This document shows, one piece after another, positions 50,096 to 60,624 of a stretch of DNA of 64,000 bases. The notes beneath the pieces were generated by a model that saw only the letters and a program-made list of their open reading frames with translations, was not told the DNA's origin and searched no databases. Location of the stretch: assembly GCA_030390025.1 (NCBI GenBank), contig CM059432.1, positions 15,688,001 to 15,752,000 of the forward strand, in the 5' to 3' direction. Position 1 is the first letter of the stretch. Each line of letters opens with the position of its first letter. This DNA comes from Squalus acanthias. Its lineage: Eukaryota. Made by a program: the position numbers and the translations under genes.

Positions 50096-50675
50096 GGGGT
50101 AGGAATTCATTCGTGCCACTAGACCGGTGCGAACTGGCCGCAGAGAACAGTCCCTGCGCCAGCAGGTAGGCCCTAGGCCCGATCAATATTAGGCCCTCTG
50201 ACCTCGTTTTAATGCGCGGCGAGCTGCGGACGTTTGCTGCCCAACCCCAGGCAGCTCGCCGGTGAAGCGGGGCTGAATTTAGCGATGCGGCGGCGCCAGC
50301 AGCGGCCCTCGGGTAGGTCCTGGGGGAGGCGATTGGGAAGGGGGGGGCGAGTGCAGTCCTGCAGTGGCCCGCAGCGTTGTTGTCGAGGATGGTTGTCCTG
50401 CTCCAGCTGGCTCCACATTAAGGTAAGTTTTAAAATGTTATAAACCAGAAACTTAACCTGGTCTGTGGCGGTCGCTTAAAGTACCCGCTGGTTAGGCCTC
50501 TGTATTAGAATATTGTTAAGGCTGATGCCAGGGATGCCTCTAGAGCACCCGAACCAACATGATGTCGGAAGTGTTTCTGACGCAATTCAGGCGTGGAATG
50601 TTGGCCCCCTATATTGGACCTCTCTGCTCCGTTTTCTGGCCAGTAAACAAGTGCAACAAGGTCCAATTCTTCCCC
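50096..50675. mobile_element. GC-rich MITE-like element
   Basis: Ends ggggtaggaatt / aattcttcccc; CpG-rich interior. Confidence 0.45.
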
Positions 50676-50736
50676 GAAATGCTTTGGACATTCTGGCACA
50701 CAGTATAAGGCACTGCACAGATACATGTTCTTTTAT

Positions 50737-51040
50737 TCGAAACATAGGAACAGGAGTAGGCCATTCAATTGGATCACGGCTGATCTGCACTTTAACTCCA
50801 TTTATTTGTGTTTGACCCATATCCTTTGATGCCCTTACCTTGATACCAATCTCGGTCTCAAAATTTTCAATTAACCCAGCGTCCACAGCCTTTTGGGTGG
50901 AGAGAATTCCAGATTTCCACTTATGCCTTTGTGTGAAAAAGTGCTTCCTGATTTCACTCCTAGCTCGAATTGTAAGATTGTGCCCACTTGTTCTGGATTT
51001 CCTCACCAGAGGAACTAGCTTTTCTGTAGCTACTCTCTGT
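50737..51040 (-). mobile_element. CR1 3' end (degenerate)
   Basis: SRTSGHNL.IRAR.EIRKHFFTQR. Confidence 0.75.
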
Positions 51041-51120
51041 TAGAACATTTGAATCTGACACCAAATATGGTTGCTATGTTAACCTTTCATTGTGTTCGAT
51101 CAAGTCCAGACACACTCAAT

Positions 51121-51865
51121 GGGCTGGATTTTCATTGACCCATGGAGGCGGGTTTGGAGGCGTGTGGGGGGTTAAAATTGCGAAAACTGGCGGGCGGGCA
51201 CAAGTCCGCCTCCATCCCGCCTCCACGCAATTTTCATTAAATCGTGTCTGCTGGTCCCGACTCCGTCCCGCCTCTAAGAGGCAGGATAGGCTGTTAAGGC
51301 CCTTAACAAGCACTAAATTGGCTCTATTTTGCCATTTTGAAAGGCCTTTGTGATTTTAACCCTTGTTCTACGTGAAGCACGCCTGTTCTGAACCACGATT
51401 GTGAAACCTGGCGGGAGCACATTTGGATAGCTGACTATCAGCTGCAGGTCCACTATTACAACGGAGATGTGATGAAGGTAATAGTAGGCTGGCTGCATAT
51501 TCATTCTCTCTCTCTCTCTCTCTCATTCTCTCTTTCTCTCTCGCTCTCTCTCTCTCTCTCTTTCTCTGGTGTAAAAATATCTGGGAGCAGACTTAGGGCT
51601 GCTGCTGCTCATTTTGCATCCAGGTCCTCTCACAGCAAAGGCCAGGCAGTCTCTGAAGACCTTCAATGCAGCAGCAATGATGACATCATCAGAGGCGACT
51701 TTCAGACTGAAAACACTAATTGGTTCATGGGTTCCCACATGCTGGAACTCAATTGCCCAATTAGGTGAAAATTGCATCAATCTCCCACATCCAATTGCAG
51801 TCGGGTGGATAACACGAAAAGTGGATAACACGACCCCAACCTGCCCCAGTATCAAAATCCAGCCC
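51121..51865. mobile_element. Harbinger MITE related to the element at 3492-6719
   Basis: TIRs gggctggatttt / aaaatccagccc; 3-bp TSD AAT (51118-51120, 51866-51868); both halves align to the ends of the 3.2-kb element; central (CT)n at 51506-51566. Confidence 0.85.
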
Positions 51866-52439
51866 AATGTCTTTAAGCAGTAGTCATACAGAGAAATCAA
51901 CGCAATTACCCTGCTTTTCCTCTGGTTAGAGATGTAACCTTCATCGAACCTTTCGTTCTCCTCTCTCTCTACAAATTGTGAAGAAACGCTCAAGATCTTT
52001 ATAGGCCTCTAGTCACGCACACTGTCCTTGATGATTCATTATGTCCTGATAACAGTTATTGTGAACAAAACCTCCAGAAGTGAGGTAGTTCTTACAAAAC
52101 TTCCAGATGGCCAATCTGTTTACCTTTAAGCATGTAACTAATCATCTTAGCCCCATTGTCCGTTTCCTTATCTCAAGACTATCTCGTTTCCCATGTATTG
52201 ACAAAAAGAAGTCAACAGGCACAAATCACACATCCTGCACTTTCGGCAGAAGCGAAACAGCACAGTCAGCCAAATTGTACCCTGATACATTAAACCCGAA
52301 AACATCCTGGGTAAGAACAATTTAACCATTTCATTATTTACAGCTACAATCCAAATCCACAAGTTAAAAAGGAAGCAAAAAACCAAATCATATGAGATGA
52401 AACCAAATCCTAATCCTACGTATATATGTTTACACGAAT

Positions 52440-52790
52440 AAGGTATCTTACATATGTTGAATCCCTTTCTCATTTTAAACACCTCAATTATATCACCACT
52501 CAACCTTCTTAACTCAAGGGAATACAAGCCAAGTTTATGCAACTTGTTCTCACAATTTACCCCTTTAAGCCCTGGTATCACTTCCTCCCTTTTGTATTCC
52601 AGCCCCCCTTGAGGTGAAGACCAACATTCCATTAGGCTTTTGATTATCTTTTTGTACCTGTGCACGAGCTTTTAGTGATTTGTGTACCTCCACGCCCGAA
52701 TCCCTTCACTTTTCCACAGTTTCTAGTCTCTCACTGATTGATTGTTTTTTTTTCTTGGATCCAAAGTGGATGACCTCACACTTCCCCACA
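52440..52790 (-). mobile_element. Old CR1 fragment
   Basis: KLGLYSLELRRLSGDIIEVFKM; NVGKCEVIHFG. Confidence 0.7.
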
Positions 52791-53786
52791 TTGAGCGCCT
52801 TTGGATGTGGAGTCAGCAATGGCTCTTTAAACTGCTGCAGGCCCTTTAAGGAGTGCAGCATCATGGATTTCCTGTCCAGAAATGAGTGAGCTCCCAATCA
52901 GAGGCATTCCCATTGCCTGGAGCTCACCCATACAATAACAAATTAGGCTGCGCCCACACAACGCGCCGGGGGCAGCACACTAAATGTTGGCACGTCCTGA
53001 GATTTCACCCTGCCCCCCGACAAGCAAAGGCACAAGAGAAAAATTGGGGCTTGTAGCTATTGCATAACAAGGATTATAAACCATCAAATTTAATAGATTT
53101 TCAACAGAAGGACAGTGTCTGATGTCAGTAGCTATTCCTATTTGTTAAGTGTGATTTAATTCTCTGTTTATATACTTGAGCGATTGTACTGTCTGCGAGA
53201 GAGGCTAATCGAAACAAGTTCCACTATAATGATTATTATTCCTCAGGCACTGTTTCTAAAGTATTGGAGAAAGTGCGGGCCATCCTTTATTCATTCTTCT
53301 ACACATGCTAAGACTAATGATCCGAAACCACAATAGCCCATGGGAAGGCAGGCGGGAGCTTTCTTCCACCCTTCTCCAGTTTTCATCCCTTCTCTCCTGA
53401 AGGTGTTGACACATGCTGTGGTGCAATTCAGTGAGTGACGAGCGGCACCCTCTGGTTACCCCCCCCCCCCCACCCCCCCCGCCTGCCCGGAGCAGTTTTC
53501 CAGATGTAAACCTAGATGGTGCACTAGGTAAGTTCTTCGACAATGTAAGAGGCACCAGAACCTGTAGTCAGGGGTCAATGGATAGTGATCACGAGCAGGA
53601 GTCCTTGTTGACTTCCGCCCCCGCCCCCCAAACCCCCACCCCCTCGTCCAGGGGTGCTGAGGCCAATTGTAGCTTTCTCCTGTTTATGCTCTGGTTGAGA
53701 TCAGCCAACAAAGCACTAGATACAAAACTGGGGAGATTAGAAGAAGCCTTTTCACACAGAGCTATTGCAAAAGTGCATTGCTTTTC

Positions 53787-54257
53787 AACAACAACAACAA
53801 CTTGTATTTATATAGCGCCTTTAACATAGTAAAATGTCCCAAGGCGCTTCACAGAAATATTATAAGACAAAAAATTTGACACCGAGCCACATAAGGAGAA
53901 ATTGGGGCAAGTGACCAAAAGCTTGGTCAAAGAGGTAGGTTTTAAGGAGCGTCTTAAAGGAGGAAAGAGAGGCGGAAAGGTTTAGGCAGGGAATTTTAGA
54001 GCTTAGGGCCCAGGCAACAGAAGGCACGGCCACCATTGATTGAGCGATTATAATCAGGGATGCTCAAGAGGGCAGAATTAAAGGAGCGCAGATATCCCGG
54101 AGGGTTTGTGGGGCTGGAGGAGATTACAGAGCTAGGGAGGAGCGAGGCCATGGAAGGATTTGAAAACAAGGCTGAGAATTTTGAAATCAAGGCCAGTGTA
54201 GGTCAGCGAGCACAGGGGTGATGGGTGAACGGGACTTGGTGCGAGTTAGGACACGGG
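53787..54257 (-). mobile_element. L2 LINE 3' end (older L2 remnant follows at ~54455-54985)
   Basis: (AAC)n followed by the reverse complement of the L2 tail. Confidence 0.85.
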
Positions 54258-55650
54258 TGATCAGTGCTAAATTGATTACAGCATTCAAAAAGGTACAGAA
54301 TAATTTCTTAAAGAAGAAGAATATATAAAGGTATGGGAAGAATTCAGGAAATTTGGATTAGTTTGGGGAAAAGGACAGGAAATTGGAACAGTGTAATATA
54401 CGTCCCTACGAGGGGCTAAATTCAGTGCTAAAAAATTCTCTGTTCTGTGCATTGTGCAATTAAGGTAGAAAAACATCCCAAAGCATTTCAGAGAGCCATG
54501 AGGAAAATCGATGCCGAACCAGCGAAAGAGAGATTAGGAGGGGTGCCCAAAAGAACTAGTATTAAGGAGGGTCTTAAAGGAGGAGAGGGAAATGGAGAGC
54601 CAGAGAGGTTGAGGAAGGGGACTCCAGAGAGAAGGACCTAAGTAGTTGAAGACATGGCTGCCAATAGTGGAGGGATGGATGCACACGAGGCTGGAATTAG
54701 AAATACAGAGAGTTGGGGGTGGGGTGGTCTGGGTGGGGTTTGTAGGGCTGGAAGAGGTTACAGACATAGGGTGGGTGAGGCCATGCAGGGATTTAAAGAC
54801 AAAGACAAGAATTTAAATATGATAGGGTGAGTAATGGGTGAGCGAGAATTGGGGCAGGGTAGGATTATGAGCAGCAGAGTTCTGGGTGAGCTGGAGTTTC
54901 TGAAAGTGACAAAAGGCTTGTATGACGGTTTCATTGGTGGATGGGATAAGATAGGGGCGGAGATGGGCAATGTTACAGAGATGGAAGTCGGTGGTCTCCC
55001 TGACGGAATGGATAGCAAAGCAGAATCTCAGAGGAGTCAACTTTTCCAGCACTGGTTTTTAACAAGCTAAAGCATTACCAATAAATAGATGACGAAAACC
55101 ATCAGTGCAGGCTGGACAAATTACTTTCAGTGTTTCTACCCAAGATTTGCAGGTGCAGCTTCACCATTATTCACTTGTACTTTTGGAAAATGTATTTAAT
55201 AAGGCAGGTTATTTTTTATTCCATTAACAAGCTGATTCCTCCATTCTGGAGCTGTCTTGACATTTAGTAACAAATCTCTGGATTTCAAGTTCAAGATGAA
55301 CTTAACAAAATCTAAAAAATGCTCCATAAGAAAATGAAGTTAGAAACGGTACCTTTGACAACCTTATTCAGATGGCAATCTGAAGACAGGCTCTGAACCA
55401 TAAACATCCCATCTCATAGACATGGATGCTAAATGACAAGTACCAGGCAGAAGGCATTCATCAAGCCCCATCAGTAGCGGTGCCCCATCTATATATGCGT
55501 ACTCTTTTTTCTGAATAATAGACCAGTGGAAACATGTCCTTCTCGAAGGGTAGGAAGGTTCAACCAACGCAGTCAGTAGGCGAATATGAAACTCCTTATT
55601 TCTCTCAGTTTTTCTTTCCTCTTACAGTCTTCAGACTTCTAGAACATTAG

Positions 55651-56387
55651 GGGGGAGAAATTCGGTATCGCCCCGTTTGGGGCGCTAATTTTTAAAAGTT
55701 GAAAAAATTAGCGGCAGCTGCTAATGTTTTTCAACTTTAAAAAATTCAGTTTTGCGCTCCGGGAAGGAAGTGGAGCGCTAAATCAAGCACTCCAATTCCT
55801 TCCTGGAACGCAACAGGCAGCAGGCGGGGCGGGAGGTGAGCAGCGCTGCACAATGGGCCGTACAGCGCTGCCACGTTGGAAGGCTCCTTCCCTCCCTTAA
55901 AGGAAAGGGCCATCACTGCAGGCTCTGCGAGGAAAAAAGTTACCTGGTCCCCGACGGCAGCCGCAATCCAGCCCGATCAGCCCGATGCACTGCAGTAGAG
56001 TGCCGGACTGATCGAGCGCTGGAGAAGAAAAATTGAAAAAAAACCAGAAACAGCATTTCTGAATTTTTTTCACTTACCTCGGCCACCTCGCCTTTAAGTA
56101 TCGTCCCGAAGCGCCCAGGCCTCCCCATGAACGCCTCCTGCAGCTTGCCAGTATTTTCGCCTGGCGATGCTGCAGGGGGCGGAACCGAAGTTTGGGTCCG
56201 GGGCGATGCGTGCGGCGATGACGTTACGATCTACGGGCGAAGGAGATCGGGACGCAACGCCATACCGCCGCCGCAAACCTCCCGCCGAATATAGCGGGAG
56301 TCGATCTTCTTGCTGTGCCCGCTCGATAAGTAATTAGCACCACGTTATCGCCCCCCCGGAGGCGCTAAGGTGCCCAATTTCTAGCCC
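55651..56387. mobile_element. GC-rich Harbinger-type MITE related to 28718-29337
   Basis: Ends gggggagaaatt / aatttctagccc; repeated tagcgccc-like motifs; flanks tag/aag. Confidence 0.6.
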
Positions 56388-56414
56388 AAGGTTTTTACCA
56401 CCTAATAACTACTT

Positions 56415-57030
56415 TCTTTTTTTTATTCATTCACGGGATGTGGGCGTCGCTGGCAAGGCCAACATTTACTGCCCGTCCCTAATTGCCCTTGAGAAGGTGG
56501 TGGTGAGCCGCCTTCTTGAACCGCTGCAGTCCGTGTGGTGAAGGTACTCCCACAGTGCTGTTAGGGAGGGAGTTCCAGGATTTTGACCAAGTGACGATGA
56601 AGGAACAGCGATATACTTCACAGTCAGGATGGTGTGTGACTTGGCGGGGAACTTGGAGGTGGTGGTGTTCCCATGCGCCTGCTGCTCTTGTCCTTCTAGG
56701 TGAAGAGGTCACGAGTTTGGGAGGTGCTGCCGAAGAAGCCTTGGTGAGTTGCTGCAGTGCATCTTGTAGATGGTACACACTGCAGCCACAGTGCGCCGGT
56801 GGTGGAGGGAGTGAATGTTTAAGGTGGTGGATGGGGTGCCAATCAAGCGGGCTGCTTTGTCCTGGATGGTGTCGAGCTTCTTGAGTGTTGTTGGGGCTGC
56901 ACTCATCCAGGCAAGTGGAGAGTATTCCATCACACTCCTGACTTGTGCCTTTTAGATGGTGGAAAGGCTTTGGGGAGTCAGGAGGTGAAGTCACTCGCCG
57001 CAGAATACCCAGCCTCTGACCTGCTCTTGT
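56415..57030 (-). mobile_element. 'AAHHHLLKGN' family LINE 3' part
   Basis: ORFs 56479-57042 and 56709-56933. Confidence 0.85.
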
Positions 57031-57319
57031 AACTACTTTCAAATTAGCCTTGTAATCTTTTTAAGCTTAGTGGGGTCCTGCACCAGGGCCACTGACCTTC
57101 TTGTTTTCTCAATTCGAAAAAGTAGAAGATCAAAGCTCTGAGGAAGTGCTGTGCACACACTGGGTACACCTTCTTCAGAGAAGGAGAAAGTGAAAATCCA
57201 AGTGGTGTTTTCATAATGCACTAAATGTAGCTCCGTACTTCCCAGAGAGGTTAAGTAGCTTGTTAATTCATGTTATTTTTATAATGGTGCAATCACAATA
57301 CCGTCTTCTCCATATGCAG

Positions 57320-57499
57320 ATTCACACGTCTCTGATCAATGGCAGACCCAGTGCTGATGACCCTTCCCCTACTTTGTTGGAGTTCACCTCCGCTCGCTAC
57401 ATTCGTCTCCTCCTTCAGCGCATCAGAACACTCAATGCTGACCTCATGACCCTTGGCTATCGTGACCCGAGGGAAGTCGATCCAATTGTTACTCGTCGG
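57320..57499 (+). CDS. LAMA1: Laminin alpha-1 coding exon (probably exon 5)
   Basis: IHTSLINGRPSADDPSPTLLEFTSARYIRLLLQRIRTLNADLMTLGYRDPREVDPIVTRR; cag acceptor, gtaagg donor; 180 bp. Confidence 0.96.
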
Positions 57500-58034
57500 G
57501 TAAGGAAAATGCAACCGTTAAAAGGCCATTTCTGGCATTTGTTTCCTTTTGTTGACGGGAGGAACCAAACACTTCGCCGTGTGAATAGAGAGGATCCAAC
57601 GTTTTGTCTTGGCGTAAAAGATTGTTCTCCTCTTTTGATTTACAGTGGCTTATAACTTGTTTAAAAGTTTCCTCCTTTGTTAGAAATTGTTTGAAACCCC
57701 TTTTTCCATACAGTTGAAACTTTGTAGATTATGCTTTGTCTTTTAAAGTAGGATCTTTCTCTTTGCACAATTTTACTTTGAAACTAGTGAATCTGTTTGG
57801 TTGCAAACCAACAACAACAAAATAATTAGACTGTGAGTTTGCTGAAGTAACAATTTAGCACTGTTCGTACCATAGTCCAGTTTTTAATGAAATGAGAACT
57901 AATTTTCAAACGCCTTCATTGTGTGGATGTAAAACCCATGTTTGTACCTTCTGTGAATTCAGGAATTTAATGCAGGTGAGCCGCGCTGAATACTAGCAGG
58001 TTTCAATTTACGTCTGGTTTATTTCCTTACACAG

Positions 58035-58124
58035 TATTACTACTCCATCAAGGATATCTCAGTTGGAGGCATGTGTATCTGTTACGGTCATGCACGCAGC
58101 TGTCCATGGGATGAAACGCTAATG
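58035..58124 (+). CDS. LAMA1: Laminin alpha-1 coding exon (probably exon 6; end of LN domain, start of first LE domain); not in the ORF track
   Basis: Read manually: YYYSIKDISVGGMCICYGHARSCPWDETLM; cag acceptor ending 58034, gttcgt donor at 58125; 90 bp. Confidence 0.93.
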
Positions 58125-60624
58125 GTTCGTTACAGAATATGTCCATCGAAAAATTCATGCATGTATAGCATTGTACAGTCATAAAAATTTACCACAGTTT
58201 CAAGATCTGATCAATCATGAGTATTTGTGGGAAGTGTGTTGTCATTTTAGGGCGGGCTCACCTTGGTTTAATTGTTATCTTAAATCCTGCCTTAAACTTA
58301 GAATTATTCCTCTTGTGAGTGGAGTCATAAAGTGATGACATTGTTGACTATTAGAGCTGACCCCGTTGTGACCCCCCCGATCCAGGTTCCTTGGGTTGGG
58401 GGTCCTTAGCTATGCAGTGCGGGTTCCAGGCAGGAGGCCCACCACACAGAAAGAGAGAGGGAGCCTGCTGCCGCTACCCAGGGAAATGTGGCAGCATTGC
58501 GGCAGGGGACACCCACTGCAGCTACAGGAGAACAGCCACCTGTTAAAGGGGACAGAAATTCTAATGCCATTTGTATTTTAGGTCTCAGACTGAGACAATG
58601 CCTAAAAAGAAAGTTCAGTGATTGGGAGGAGAGGAGATGGAGGAATGTCCACTACTGGGCCCTGGACCCCCTGAAAGATCCTCCTGCTGCAGGAGCTACC
58701 TCCACACCTCTCCTGGCAGTCCCTGGGGTCAGCAGTAGTCGAGGTGGGAGGCGGGAAAATCATCTGGCTTCCATCGCATTGCAGTCGTTTAAATGCCGTT
58801 TTCCCTGCTGCGATGGGAGGAGGAGTATTCCTGGCACGCCTCATCATTTCAGGCTGTACAGCGGAGGAAAATCCAGCCCACAATCTCTTTTGAAGAGCAT
58901 CACATTTCACAATGGAATGGTTACAAAGAGTTGCTGGTGACACTTCCCTCCCCATCTCCCCATGGGACGTCTTCCTACGCTAAAGGCGCTATATAAATGC
59001 AAGTTGTCGTTGCTTAGGTTAACCCATTTCAAGTACCTGAGGCCGCTAATTAAATCTGAAGTAAATATTGGTAACTAAAGATGCTTCTGTAACCTTGTTA
59101 TTTATTGTGCTGTCTTGGGATATTGAGATCAGTAAGCCCTGGAAGCTGTTTTCCTCTCTATGTGTCATCCCCACTCCTAATTAAACAGATATTCAGAAAA
59201 ACATTACAAATAAAAGATGATGTTAACTTTAACAATTTTCTGCAACTTAATTTTTTTTAAAAGGGTGAGCCTCTCTTTAAGGCTGTCACTATTAAACGTT
59301 GAAATTATTAACTAGTAGTTAATTAGGTGTGCAGGGCGGGGTACTCGATTCCGTATAGTAGAAGCCAAGTTTGGCTGCGAGCTCTTTTACCCGACATATT
59401 TCACTGTGAAGACCAAATGGAGACGAGAACAGACACCTCTGCGCATTGAGTGACAAGTTATCAAGCAAAGCAGCACAACAGCTCTGACAGGCAGAAAATA
59501 TTTTGTTACCCCTTGTAATTAACAGAGAAAACGTGCAGATTTTGCCAATCCAATATGCAGCTTTGCCGTTGTAGAAAGGCTTCATCGGAGATGCACGAAA
59601 GGAATGGCTAACTGCACGCCCAGTATTTGCCCAAATGTAAGAACATTTTGGTTGATGTTGCAACAATGAGAGAATGAAATAGCGTTCTTAGCCTCAAGCA
59701 ATGCCTCTCAATCTGGATTAGATTTAGTCGCCCCAACTCCCCAGCACGCGCTGCAATAATAAAAGTATGTAATCTGAGTATCGAAGAAAACCTCTGAGGT
59801 CCGAGTGAGATGATTAAAAAAAAATTACACATGTTTCGAAGTTGCTTTTGAATGGGCCAAAGGTTGCAGCATTTTTAAAATCCAATTTTCTTTGAATTTA
59901 GCCACAGAAATGATATTTAATCTTTGCTCCAGTCTGATGTTGCCCCTCTTGACCGTTGCATTCCACCTGAAATAACCAATTTAGCTTTGCTTTCTGGGCT
60001 GAATAAACAGAACAGAAATGTAGTTTCCTGGCCCCCCCGTCCCCCACCCCCCGTCCCATTCAGTATTTGGATTCAGACAAACCAGAAACAGCTGCCGGGC
60101 ACAACCTTTGTCAAATCAAGTGCTCTTGATTAGTTGATGTATGTGCAGCTTTGACACAAGCTGATCTCATTGAAATTACTGCGTTTGGACTAAAATGGAT
60201 AGAATCAGACTTTTTTTTAAGTTCAAAGCACGAAGAGGAAATGGTGCCAGACCAAGAAAATAACAAATGCACGTTCAGCAACTCTCCAATTGCGTCTACA
60301 ATGCACATCCTGCCTTTAAGCAATGAATTCTGAAGGCCTTTTCCTCCTGGGTTACCAGAAATGTAGAACACTTTTGAGATGAAAAGAAAGTAACTTTTTT
60401 TTCTTTTTTCTTTAAAAAAAAATAAAATATTTTTAGAGATTACAGTGCCAGTGTGAACACAACACCTGTGGAGAGAGCTGCAGTGAGTGTTGCCCTGGTT
60501 ACCATCAGAAACCATGGCGGTCTGGAACCTTTACTTCTGACAATACGTGCGAGAGTAAGTAGATAATTTGTAAGTGCATTTAATCAAATGCCGAGAAATT
60601 CAGCCGCACAGCGCCCATTTTTCA

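Noticed and set aside
1142..58124. LAMA2 as the gene identity
   Set aside because: Diagnostic residues ([32 protein letters not shown]) follow LAMA1 as I recall the sequences
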